64,000 nt of DNA from SAR202 cluster bacterium Io17-Chloro-G2 (lineage in GTDB: Bacteria > Chloroflexota > Dehalococcoidia > Lucifugimonadales > UBA3495): the NCBI GenBank assembly GCA_002816875.1, contig MUCP01000016.1, forward strand, positions 125-64,124, given 5' to 3'. Within the stretch, counting starts at the first letter, position 1. Each line of letters begins with the position of its first letter. This document shows, one piece after another, positions 55,247-64,000 of this stretch. The translations under genes and the position numbers were made by a program. Below the pieces are notes generated by a model, which was given only the letters and a program-made list of their open reading frames with translations, was not told the DNA's origin and did no database searches.

Positions 55247-56272
55247 ATGCGGGTTCAATACCATCTGGCTTCCAAAGACCTGAGCGGAGTGGCTGCCGAG
55301 GCTTCCTGGGCCGAATCCATGGGCTACGACGGGGTTTCGGCCAGCGAAACCTCCCACGACCCGTTCTTGCCCCTGGTTCTGGCTGCCACGGCCACGTCCA
55401 AAGTGTCCCTCGAGACCAGGGTGGCCATTGCCTTTCCTCGTTCACCCATGGTCGTGGCCCATACAGCCAGGGACCTGCAGGAACTTTCTGGGGGCCGGTT
55501 TCGCCTGGGCTTGGGCACCCAGGTCAAGGGCCACATCGAACGGCGGTTCTCCACCAAATGGGAATCACCGGGGCCCAAACTGCGGGAATATGTCGAATCT
55601 TTGCGACACATTTGGGATTGCTGGAACGGTGATGGGAGTCTGGACTACCAGGGGAAGTTTTACCAGTTCTCCCTGATGTCGCCGTTTTTCAATCCTGGAC
55701 CCAGCCTCTTTCCCCACCCCGGCGTCTACAACGGCGCGGTAAACGCCTACAACAGCCGGGTGGCCGGCCAAGTGACCGACGGCTTGATGCTCCACAGCCT
55801 CACCTCCGGCAAGTACGTGCGGGAAGTGATAAAGCCCAACGTGGTAAAGGGAGCTGAACAGGCGGGACGGGACCCTTCTCAAGCCAAACTCAGCGGCGGC
55901 GGTTTTATCATAACCGGACCTAACACATCCAGCATCAAAGCCATGGAGTCCGAAGTCCGGCGGCGTATCTCTTTTTATGCGTCAACCCGCACTTATTTTC
56001 CGGCGCTGGAGTGTCACGGGTTCACTGAGGTGGGCCAGCAATTGCATGAGATGTCTCTGAACGGGCGGTGGGCTGAGATGGCCGAACTTGTCAGCGATGA
56101 GATGTTGGACGCTTTCTGCATCCGCGGGGAATACGACGAGATTGCCGATATATTCCTGCAGCGGTACGAGGGCCTGCTTGATGAGGTGAGCTTCTCGCCT
56201 CACACGGCGGAACCCATAGAGGAAGCTCAGCTAAAGAAGATCATCCGCCGTTTCCAGGAACCTGGCGCCTAG
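55247..56272 (+). CDS. LLM-class F420-dependent oxidoreductase
   Basis: AESMGYDGVSASETSHDPF..., LGLGTQVKGHIERRF; GGAGGG RBS. The ORF track starts at 55229. Confidence 0.75.
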   Translation: MRVQYHLASKDLSGVAAEASWAESMGYDGVSASETSHDPFLPLVLAATATSKVSLETRVAIAFPRSPMVVAHTARDLQELSGGRFRLGLGTQVKGHIERRFSTKWESPGPKLREYVESLRHIWDCWNGDGSLDYQGKFYQFSLMSPFFNPGPSLFPHPGVYNGAVNAYNSRVAGQVTDGLMLHSLTSGKYVREVIKPNVVKGAEQAGRDPSQAKLSGGGFIITGPNTSSIKAMESEVRRRISFYASTRTYFPALECHGFTEVGQQLHEMSLNGRWAEMAELVSDEMLDAFCIRGEYDEIADIFLQRYEGLLDEVSFSPHTAEPIEEAQLKKIIRRFQEPGA

Positions 56273-56283
56273 TTTTGCGAATA

Positions 56284-56414
56284 CCCGTTACAAACTACCG
56301 TTCGATGTGAACTCAGACCGCAGGTCGCGAGTCGCGACGAAGTCGGACCTATCGAACCACCCTAGGGGAAAAGACCCTTCGACAAGCTCAGGGCGAACGG
56401 GATTGATAACGGTG
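56284..56414. repeat. Short palindromic intergenic element bounded by an imperfect inverted repeat
   Basis: cccgttacaaactaccgttcg ... cgaacgggattgataacggtg. The interior contains gcaggtcgcgagtcgcgacgaagtc and ccttcgacaagctcagggcgaacgg. Confidence 0.4.
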
Positions 56415-56524
56415 ATTTCTGCAACGAACTGCTAAAGCAGGAACTCAGGTAGAGGAACCGGCCAAACCCGGACCTCCGGCGCCCAATCGGCAAAATAACC
56501 CACTGCCACTTCGGAGGCGATCCA

Positions 56525-57316
56525 ATGCCAGCCCTCGATTATTCAAAGCTGGACCGGCCTGAAATCTCCATGAACTCGTTTTATCCCCGGAAGAATTGGT
56601 CTCCGACTCCGGACGGCGCTGAAGACCACATGGTGCGGGTGGAGGATGGAATATCCCTCTCCTGCCGTTTCTTCCCCGCGGGCGCCGATGCTTCTAAAGA
56701 CGAAAGCCCCACCATTCTGTTCTTTTACGGCAACGGCGAGACGGCGTGTGACTACGACGGCATCGCTCCCATATACAACAAGGTCGGTCTCAACTTCTTT
56801 GTTGCCGATTACCGGGGTTATGGCGGCAGCGACGGTAGCCCAGCCTTTTCCACCATGCTTTCCGATGCGTGCAAAATCCAGGATTCGTTGTGGGGATTAT
56901 TGGAGTCCGGGGGTTACCAGGGCCCCAGATTCGTCATGGGGCGTTCCATGGGACGCCACGCGGCCTTTGAACTGGCGGCCAACCCGCCGGGGGGCCTCAA
57001 AGGTTTGATAATCGAGAGCGGCCGCCCCACCTTGGCGAATTTCACACGGGGATTAGACCCGGAGGAAGGCAAAAAGTTCCAGGCCGACTACCTGGAAAAG
57101 GTGCTATCCATAGAGATCCCGGTGTTGGTGATTCACGGCCAGATGGATGGCCTGGCGCCGTTGAGCGATGCGGTGGGGATGTATCAAAAATTCGTGTCAC
57201 CGGATAAACACCTACTGATCATTCCGGGGGCGGGCCACAACGACTTGATGCACCTGGGTTTCACCGAGTACTTCACCGCGATCCGCCAATTCGCGTCGCC
57301 AAAGGCTAACGGCTGA
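56525..57316 (+). CDS. Alpha/beta-fold hydrolase
   Basis: Nucleophile elbow GRSMG, late D and GAGHND. Confidence 0.8.
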   Translation: MPALDYSKLDRPEISMNSFYPRKNWSPTPDGAEDHMVRVEDGISLSCRFFPAGADASKDESPTILFFYGNGETACDYDGIAPIYNKVGLNFFVADYRGYGGSDGSPAFSTMLSDACKIQDSLWGLLESGGYQGPRFVMGRSMGRHAAFELAANPPGGLKGLIIESGRPTLANFTRGLDPEEGKKFQADYLEKVLSIEIPVLVIHGQMDGLAPLSDAVGMYQKFVSPDKHLLIIPGAGHNDLMHLGFTEYFTAIRQFASPKANG

Positions 57317-57333
57317 TAGCTAACAGCAATCAG

Positions 57334-58083
57334 CTACCGGTGCAGGAAGCTCCAATCCTCCGAGCCGATGTCGAATTGGATCCGCCTAAACCCCTCGGCG
57401 TAGGCGACGCCGGCCTTCTCGCCGGTTTCGCCGGACCACCGGTGAATCCGCTCCATACGGTCTGACGGCTGTCTGTTCCGCATCTGGCTCACGTGGCGGC
57501 TCAAGGATTCGGCCTTCATCTCAAGGTATGCGTCCGCCAGCTCTACAAAGGAATCGGGGGATTCGCTACCCCACAAAAACGCCTGCTCCACCCGGTGGGG
57601 TTCCAAGCCCTCCTGGGATATCTGATCGGGAAAGTAGAGGTAACTCCAAGCGTAGGTGAAGGCGGCGTCCAGGGCTACCTGGCCGCTCATCCGGTGGTCC
57701 CGGTGGGTGTGGCTTTTGCTGCGGTAGGGGTCGATGCAGAAAATGGTATCGGGCCGGTGCTTGCGGATCTGCCGCACCACCTGGCCGCGGAATTCCATCG
57801 TATCTTCCAAACCGCCGTCTGGGTATGCTAAAAACACCACGTCTTTAACCCCCAGCACGCTGGAGGCGTCCCTTTGCTCTCCTTCCCGGATGGCGGCTAA
57901 TTCAGCTGACCCCAACTCGCGGTCCGAAGTCCCCTTGTCGCCGTTGGTGCACATGAGGACCGTAAATTCGCTGCCCGACTCTTTGATCCACTTGGCCATG
58001 GTGGCCCCACAGCCGCCCTCTGCGTCGTCGGGATGGGGCGTGACCACCAGCGCCTTGCGCGCCGGCTCGGTTATCAATTGCAT
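57334..58083 (-). CDS. PIG-L/LmbE-family deacetylase
   Basis: ALVVTPHPDDAEGGCGATMAKW ... HRDH. Confidence 0.85.
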   Translation of the reverse strand: MQLITEPARKALVVTPHPDDAEGGCGATMAKWIKESGSEFTVLMCTNGDKGTSDRELGSAELAAIREGEQRDASSVLGVKDVVFLAYPDGGLEDTMEFRGQVVRQIRKHRPDTIFCIDPYRSKSHTHRDHRMSGQVALDAAFTYAWSYLYFPDQISQEGLEPHRVEQAFLWGSESPDSFVELADAYLEMKAESLSRHVSQMRNRQPSDRMERIHRWSGETGEKAGVAYAEGFRRIQFDIGSEDWSFLHR

Positions 58084-58157
58084 TTAGGCATTGTCCTTTC
58101 ATCGAGATTTTTGTAAGGCACCAAAACCAAATATTCCAGACCCTCTGCGAAATTGCT

Positions 58158-59690
58158 TCAACTGAGTTCGGTACGCAGAAACTCGGCGGCCAGCATCATT
58201 CTAGTGTCACGAAATTGATGAGCTAGAGGGATGTGTTTGGTAATCAAATAACTTCGCACGTCGTATTCTTCCCAGGGACGTTTTGGGGCAAGGTATTGGG
58301 TAAAACTATCCACGTTCTTTTGGAAAAATTCCAAACGGAGCTGTTGGCGGCATGCTTCGTCCCTGAGACCACCCTTGCCGAGCAGCTCTTGTCTGATCAA
58401 GTTGGCTCCCGTAAATGACGATGGGGCCATATCACGGTATTTTGCGTCGGCGAGCATGATGCACCGCGCATCTTCAGAGAGTGCCAGGATATCGTACTCG
58501 AAAGTTTGACCTTGGGCACGAATCGTGACCGCTTCATCCGGACCATTGTAACCGTGGTTGTGGATCTCCTTTCTCAGCCAATCTTTGAATCTAGGCCCAA
58601 GACGGCTCCTGATTTTGTTCAGTATAGGTTCATCGATTGACGGTCCAATGTCGTCTGTCGGCATCAGACAACCGTGGAGGTAGATTAGGAAGTAAATAAT
58701 AGTTAGACGGTCCATTATTAAACCATCTGGAGTCCGGACGACTACAGGCACAAGTTCGGTATGATCCACGTAATGGTTCAAGAAGTCGGAGGCTGACCGA
58801 CGTCCGCATGAGTATTGACTTATGTGCTCGTGTAAATTCCCGAGATCGTCGAATGACCAAACCCCAGTGTCGTTGGTTTCAATCATTTTCAGATGCCATC
58901 CCGCCAGAACCGACATGTCAACTGGATTCGGCTTGTAATCGTATTGATGAAGGGTTCTGGCATGGCTCCGAAATGCGTACCGCATTTGGAGACTCATTTG
59001 CCAAAGGGTATCGAACCACTCCGAAAGATCGGTGGTTGTACCAGGGTCTGCATCTGCGACGACCGTGTCCTCTAGGAAAGAATAGGTGAAGGGATCCTCC
59101 GCGTCTCCTAAGTCACCAATGGACATTAGGCCTAATGACTTTTGATTTTCCCTAATTGCAGAGGCGTATTTGATCCAAAAAACCCGTAACTCGGCCTCGG
59201 TTCGTCCGATATAGTATCTCTTTGTTCGTAAGTCCTCGAGGTTGCGGTGATGGAAACTCCACTTTCGAGTGACTTCGAGTAGAGCCTTAAACCTTTCGAT
59301 GTCGGTAATTACGCCAGATGGTGGGCGTTTATTTATCAATAAAAGTAGCTCGCCAATGGCGAACCAAAAGTCGAGAGAGGGCATTACTCCCTGGTCGATC
59401 GCTATGGTGATTAGCTCTTTTCGTGCTCTGTAGGTGAGGCGAGCTAATTCTCCATGGTCCCATTGGCCAATCTCGGATTCAAGTACGGCCTCCATTTCCT
59501 TTAGTTCCTGGTAGATTTGCGGCTCGTTTTCCGCTGAAGCGTCGACAATGGAAGTCAGTTCTTTCGGCCATAGTTCGCATGTTTGATTGAAACATACGTC
59601 CCTTGGGGGCTCCGAAGAGTCTGTGTACAGCAATCCTTCGCAGTAGGAACAGAGATACACTGATTTTAAATCTTCCCGGTTGTAATTCAT
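58158..59690 (-). CDS. Orphan 510-aa protein: N-terminal Cys4 zinc ribbon, helical middle, C-terminal PD-(D/E)xK-like motif
   Basis: CSYCEG...CFNQTCE at the N-terminus, and FEYDILALSEDARCIMLADAKYRD near residue 400. The region is clearly lower in G+C (about 42-45% on hand-counted lines versus about 60% in the flanks). Confidence 0.6.
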   Translation of the reverse strand: MNYNREDLKSVYLCSYCEGLLYTDSSEPPRDVCFNQTCELWPKELTSIVDASAENEPQIYQELKEMEAVLESEIGQWDHGELARLTYRARKELITIAIDQGVMPSLDFWFAIGELLLLINKRPPSGVITDIERFKALLEVTRKWSFHHRNLEDLRTKRYYIGRTEAELRVFWIKYASAIRENQKSLGLMSIGDLGDAEDPFTYSFLEDTVVADADPGTTTDLSEWFDTLWQMSLQMRYAFRSHARTLHQYDYKPNPVDMSVLAGWHLKMIETNDTGVWSFDDLGNLHEHISQYSCGRRSASDFLNHYVDHTELVPVVVRTPDGLIMDRLTIIYFLIYLHGCLMPTDDIGPSIDEPILNKIRSRLGPRFKDWLRKEIHNHGYNGPDEAVTIRAQGQTFEYDILALSEDARCIMLADAKYRDMAPSSFTGANLIRQELLGKGGLRDEACRQQLRLEFFQKNVDSFTQYLAPKRPWEEYDVRSYLITKHIPLAHQFRDTRMMLAAEFLRTELS

Positions 59691-59763
59691 CGAACGCTAT
59701 AGCCAAGACCAGCGCTCAAAGTGTCTCCTGATCCGCCTTGCGAGCAACCAGTCATGTCCACGC

Positions 59764-61176
59764 CTAAAGGTGGAACACCACCATCTTTAGCTCGCTCATC
59801 TCTTGGACGGCGTAGGACGGGCCCTCTTTGCCCATGCCGCTGTCCTTCAGGCCTCCGTAGGGCATCAGGTCGGCCCGCCAGCCGGGGGCCGAGTTGATGT
59901 GCAGGCTGCCGGATTGGACTTCTCGCGCGAAACGCATGGCCCAGTCCAGGTTCTGGGTGAAGATACCCGCCGACAGGCCGAATCGGCTGTCGTTGGCCAT
60001 GGAAATGGCGTCGTTGATGTCGGTGAAAGCGCTGACGGCCACGGCGGGGCCGAAAAGCTCCTCCCGGGAGACCCGCATGTCGGGCTTGACGTCGGCCACC
60101 ACTGTCGGGGAGTGAAGCGTCCCTTCGTGGTCTCCGCCGGCCATGATCCGGGCGCCGCCGCTGACCGCTTCAGATATCCACTCGCCGACCCGGTTGGCGT
60201 CGGACTCGCGGATCATCGGTCCCATGCGCACGCTTTCATCCAGGGGATTTCCCATGGAAAACGCTTCGGTGGGCGCGACCAGCGCATCCAGAAAATCGGC
60301 ATAGATGCTTCGGTCGGCGAACACCCGTTGGGTGGAGATACACACCTGTCCGGCGTTGGCGAATCCACCAGCCACCGTGGCGGCCGCCACCTTCTCTATA
60401 TCCGCGTCGGACATTACGATGAGTGGACTGTTGGAGCCCAGTTCCATGGTTACCTTTTTGATCCCGGCGTTGCGGCAGATGCGGTCGCCCACTTCCATGC
60501 TGCCGGTGAAGGTTATCTTGCGGACCCGGGGATCGCCGGTGATGGCGTCGCCTATCTCCGCTCCCGAGCCGGTGACACACTGGATGGCCTCGGCGGGCAA
60601 ACCGGCTTCCAGAAGGATCTCGGTCAGTTTCAGACCCGAAAGGGGTGTGTCTCCCGCCGGCTTCAACACCACCGCGTTGCCCGCAGCCAGGGCGGGTCCA
60701 ACCTTGTGGCATACCAGGTTCAATGGGAAGTTAAATGGGGCGATGGCCGCGACCACGCCCACGGGGACGCGGATGGTGAACCCAAACTGGTTCAGGTTTC
60801 CGGGAGCGGCGTCCAAGGGCACGGTCTCTCCGTGGAGCCGCTTGGCTTCCTCGGAGGAGCCGGTGATGGTCTGTATGGCCCTTTGCACCTCGGTTCGGCC
60901 CTCGGCGATGACCTTGCCTTCCTCCATGGTTATCGTCTTGGCCAGGTCCTCCGAGCGCTCGGCCAGCAGATCGGCGGTCTTACGCAAAATGGAATAGCGG
61001 TCATAGGCGGTCAATTTGCGCATGGCCTCGGCGCCCCGGACGGCGCTGGCGATGGCCTGGTCAACGTCGGAAGCATTGGCCTTGGGGACGGTATCTATCA
61101 CCGATTGGTCGAATGGGTTAAACACCGGCATAGTCTCGGCTTTTTCGACCCAGGAACCGTTGATGTACATTTTCAT
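59764..61176 (-). CDS. NAD(P)-dependent aldehyde dehydrogenase
   Basis: MKMYINGSWVE..., VTMELGSNSP, FANAGQVCIS, EELFGP. The ATG at 61176 has a GGGAGG RBS; the ORF track extends to 61308. Confidence 0.92.
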   Translation of the reverse strand: MKMYINGSWVEKAETMPVFNPFDQSVIDTVPKANASDVDQAIASAVRGAEAMRKLTAYDRYSILRKTADLLAERSEDLAKTITMEEGKVIAEGRTEVQRAIQTITGSSEEAKRLHGETVPLDAAPGNLNQFGFTIRVPVGVVAAIAPFNFPLNLVCHKVGPALAAGNAVVLKPAGDTPLSGLKLTEILLEAGLPAEAIQCVTGSGAEIGDAITGDPRVRKITFTGSMEVGDRICRNAGIKKVTMELGSNSPLIVMSDADIEKVAAATVAGGFANAGQVCISTQRVFADRSIYADFLDALVAPTEAFSMGNPLDESVRMGPMIRESDANRVGEWISEAVSGGARIMAGGDHEGTLHSPTVVADVKPDMRVSREELFGPAVAVSAFTDINDAISMANDSRFGLSAGIFTQNLDWAMRFAREVQSGSLHINSAPGWRADLMPYGGLKDSGMGKEGPSYAVQEMSELKMVVFHL

Positions 61177-61402
61177 GGAAGCCGCCTCCCTTTGAGTTCG
61201 GTTAAATAGCCCGTAAATGGCCCGTGTTGGGTTCATCGAAATGGGAAATATCACCGCTAAGGATATTACCCCCAACGGCAAGCCGCAACTGTAGGCGCCT
61301 AAAATCAAACTTGGATGCTAATGGCTGCTTGGGACGGGGCTGCGTCAGGCACGGGACTTCGGTCAAATGGAGTGAGACGGGCTGGGAATCTCGCACGATT
61401 TG

Positions 61403-62149
61403 TCAGAGAAGGTTGGTTCCCTTCAAGACCACCGCCCGGCCTGCGTCGGTGACAGAATAGCGGCCCGACCTGCCGGGGACCCGCTCCAGCCAGCGAAATT
61501 TACTGCGGGCGGCGTTGCGCAGGGCCTGTGTGAAGCTGTGGGGCTGGGACCAACCGGCCGTGTCAAATAGGTGTCCCAACTCCCAGGCGTCTACGTTCTC
61601 CATGGAAAACATCCGGGCGGCCCCTTCTGCGGCGGCCACCACTTTCCGCATATCGCCCATCGGATTGACCGTCCTGCAGAAAACCGTGAAATCGTGCCCC
61701 AGCCGTGGGTCTGAAAACTGAGCCGGAATGGATGGACTGGGTGTGTTTTCCGGAGACGGCTGCCCGCCGTTGGAACCTGCCGCCGTCGGGGGGTCCTGAA
61801 CGGAGGGGTTCTGGCCGGAGGGTTCTTTGGTGGTTGGTTCGGCCGCCGGTGGTGGTGGAGCGGCTTCGGGGATATCCTGCTGGGCCGGCGAACCGCCCCG
61901 GGTCTTGCGGTCGCTGACTGGGTTGATGTCAGGCGTGTGGCCGGCGCCGTTGGCCGGTACACTGTTATCTTTGTCGGGATGCTCCGGTACATCTTTGATT
62001 TGGGTACCTGCCGGGGGCAACTGAACCAGTTCGCTCAGAAGGTCGCTTTTGAACAAGCCGACCATCTGCCGCATCTCAGAGGCGTCCTCGGCTTCCAGGC
62101 TGATCTCAGTGATGTTGGGCAGTGTTATGGATATCTTGGCCATGGTCAC
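61403..62149 (-). CDS. Hypothetical protein: short N-terminal domain, Pro/Gln-rich linker, ~100-aa C-terminal domain (possible winged helix)
   Basis: A long ORF with coding-like composition. The C-terminus is ...ALRNAARSKFRWLERVPGRSGRYSVTDAGRAVV. No family recognised. Confidence 0.5.
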   Translation of the reverse strand: MTMAKISITLPNITEISLEAEDASEMRQMVGLFKSDLLSELVQLPPAGTQIKDVPEHPDKDNSVPANGAGHTPDINPVSDRKTRGGSPAQQDIPEAAPPPPAAEPTTKEPSGQNPSVQDPPTAAGSNGGQPSPENTPSPSIPAQFSDPRLGHDFTVFCRTVNPMGDMRKVVAAAEGAARMFSMENVDAWELGHLFDTAGWSQPHSFTQALRNAARSKFRWLERVPGRSGRYSVTDAGRAVVLKGTNLL

Positions 62150-62560
62150 ACCGGTGAATCAATTACATTGACGGCTATGGTAATCGAGTACCCTGATGTA
62201 ATCAAGCCGGAAAAGGTGTAGGAATGTAAGGGTCGTCGATGCCGTTGGACGACAAACGAATCCTGGAAAAACAGCTAGGAAACCTCACCCGTATCCTCCA
62301 TTTGGGCCGAACTATTGATGTGGTAATTCGATAAGATCGTTACCCGTAAGGCCGCTCCATGAATCTTGTAGCCGGGATTAAGATGAATCGCGTACCGGCT
62401 TCGGAAGCGCCCGATGGGTGGCGGCGCAAAGGCTCCATTGATCCGCAATATCAACCGTCAATCCCCAGCCGTCAGGGAAGCTGCCAACTTACCAACGATA
62501 CAACACGTTTTTGATAGGGCCGAGCCATAGGGTGGCCCACCTTGGCGAATCGGATAGGAG

Positions 62561-62589
62561 TTGACCCATACGGGAAGTGGTTTTATAGT
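62561..62589 (+). promoter_or_regulatory. Sigma-70-type promoter candidate for the 303-aa gene
   Basis: TTGACC (62561-62566), 17 nt, TATAGT (62584-62589). Confidence 0.45.
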
Positions 62590-62676
62590 TCAAGAATCCC
62601 TTAGAACCCCATAGTTGGGGGACCTATTCGATCTGGGAAATGCAGATCAAGCCCATCGGCGGACTGACTCGAGACG

Positions 62677-63588
62677 GTGAAGAACATGCAGGACCGCGCC
62701 AGTAAAAGCCAGAAAAATCGGATAAGAGCTGTTGGAAATCAGCCTTCGCGGGAAGACAGGGGCAACAAGGCGACAATTCGCTTTATTGATAATCGCCCGG
62801 AAGCCATACAGCTTAGAAACCTACATGAGATTGCAGATAACAGCTTTCAAGTAAAGCAACTGGAGGCCATGCAGGACATGGCGGACAAAGATCACCAGGC
62901 TGCTAACACCGCTCGCTTGCAAGCCATGGCCGGCAGGGGCCCTAATCCCGTGGCTCGGAGGATGCCGACGAAAGACGTTTCCGTTGGACCTGCTCAAAAT
63001 AACGAAAATAAGACGGGACCATCCGGCAAAGGTGATCAACCTGAAACGACAACTCAAAGGACCTCGCAATTTGCGAGAGATGAAGGCTCGTTGAATGTAG
63101 TGCAACGTTTAAGTAAGGCGGGCGATCCGTTGAAAATCGCAGAAGAGGAGTACGCACTTGTAGCAAGCGGTAAGAAACTAAAATATACTGCGCTGTCAGC
63201 AGGCTGTATGGCTGTGACGGTAATGTTTAAGGACGGCGGCGGGGGAGGGGTACATATGGCTATGGAGGAGCAAGGGAAGGGTCAGTGGACGGGATTTTTA
63301 GCCGCGATCAGTGGAAAGACCGTTAAGGAAGCGCACATAAATTGCGACAGCTGGGGTAGTCACGAGGATTGGCGGGTAAAAAAGGGAGAATCTTCTCCAA
63401 TGTCGACATTGGCCTTGGTTATGGCCGCGAACTTTGAGAAGTTCGCGGATGAAGACAAAAAGAAAGACGCATTTTACAAAGATGGCTGGGTATATGAAAC
63501 CGCTTCGATTTTAGACTGGTTCAAGGGCAAATTGGGAGTAAAACCAAACAAGCACGGAAGCGGCAGTCTAGAATATACGATGCCATAA
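62677..63588 (+). CDS. Orphan 303-aa effector/toxin-like protein (repetitive N-terminal leader plus a C-terminal Cys/His domain)
   Basis: FIDNRPEAIQLRNLHEIADNS / QLEAMQDMADKD repeats. The C-terminus has TALSAGCMAVTVMFKDGGGGGVHMAM. Lower G+C (about 47% on a hand-counted line). Confidence 0.55.
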   Translation: MKNMQDRASKSQKNRIRAVGNQPSREDRGNKATIRFIDNRPEAIQLRNLHEIADNSFQVKQLEAMQDMADKDHQAANTARLQAMAGRGPNPVARRMPTKDVSVGPAQNNENKTGPSGKGDQPETTTQRTSQFARDEGSLNVVQRLSKAGDPLKIAEEEYALVASGKKLKYTALSAGCMAVTVMFKDGGGGGVHMAMEEQGKGQWTGFLAAISGKTVKEAHINCDSWGSHEDWRVKKGESSPMSTLALVMAANFEKFADEDKKKDAFYKDGWVYETASILDWFKGKLGVKPNKHGSGSLEYTMP

Positions 63589-63885
63589 GGGGTGGATCTC
63601 AGCTGAAAGCCAAAGCGGAAATGGCGGGACGTTAACCTAATATCCTCCTGATACTCTCCAATAGACGGTATCTATCTTGGAGAGCCATGACAGATTCAAG
63701 GACGAATCACCAGCATAGGCGGGAACGGCCTTCAGGGACGAATAGGTGGCTTTCAATGATTTAACAAATGGGGCATGGGAAGCCCTAATAGAAAAGGCCT
63801 CGTGCCCAAAGAAGTTGATCTACAGATTACCAGTGCCAGCGCTCCCATGTTGGTTCGGCATCGGAGAAAGCGGTGCGATCCGGCC

Positions 63886-64000
63886 CTACAACGTTTGCTT
63901 GAGGCGCAGGGCCAGGGAGCGGGTCATTCCGGGAACAGCGGCGATATCGTCCACCGGGGCTTCCTTGATGCCCTTTAGCGTGCCAAAGCGGCGTAAGAGG
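63886..64000 (-). CDS. uvrC: Excinuclease ABC subunit C, C-terminal (HhH)2 end; the gene continues off the right edge
   Basis: Hand translation: ...LLRRFGTLKGIKEAPVDDIAAVPGMTRSLALRLKQTL*. Confidence 0.6.
   Translation of the reverse strand, partial: LLRRFGTLKGIKEAPVDDIAAVPGMTRSLALRLKQTL

Noticed and set aside
59803-61209. 468-aa plus-strand ORF, the longest unassigned ORF in the track.
   Set aside because: It is entirely antisense to the aldehyde dehydrogenase gene, which has clear family motifs. Its G/H/R/A/V-rich composition is typical of antisense frames in high-GC DNA.

Overview
High-GC (about 60% by eye) bacterial chromosomal window, annotated by hand from the sequence and the ORF track. 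No searches were run, so all family calls rest on recognised motifs. The gene content (F420/LLM oxidoreductases, CysM-type cysteine synthase, SCO1664/DUF3090 pair, translin) suggests a Chloroflexota- or Actinobacteria-like organism, but this is not verifiable here. Most of the window is housekeeping: gyrB, rpsT, lexA, the nusA-ylxR-infB-rbfA-truB cluster, moeB/thiF plus cysM, larB and larC, ychF, comM, thiE, polA, folB, rpmB, rpe, argH and the uvrC 3' end. No rRNA, tRNA or CRISPR array was seen. Six signals are not explained by ordinary annotation. (1) Three direct copies of the last ~39 nt of polA delimit two tiny recombinase-less cassettes, one vapBC-like and one retropepsin-like. (2) The same architecture occurs at comM, where a DUF4258/DUF2283 pair is wedged between the intact comM 3' end and a divergent open copy of that 3' end; a further comM-like fragment is fused to a 5'-truncated LuxR gene. 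(3) A promoter, a Cys-rich 17-codon leader ORF, alternative hairpins and an intrinsic terminator sit upstream of moeB-cysM, which looks like a classical cysteine attenuator. (4) Two copies of a ~207-bp MITE-like element carry 19-bp terminal inverted repeats (TIRs), 10-bp target-site duplications (TSDs) and compensatory hairpin changes. (5) Low-GC patches hold orphan genes: a 510-aa Zn-ribbon protein with a PD-(D/E)xK-like motif, and a 303-aa effector-like protein. (6) There are several in-frame stops or degenerate proteins: a DUF4258-like gene, a secreted repeat protein, a His-less multi-GAF pseudokinase, and a PIN toxin with Asp changed to Asn.
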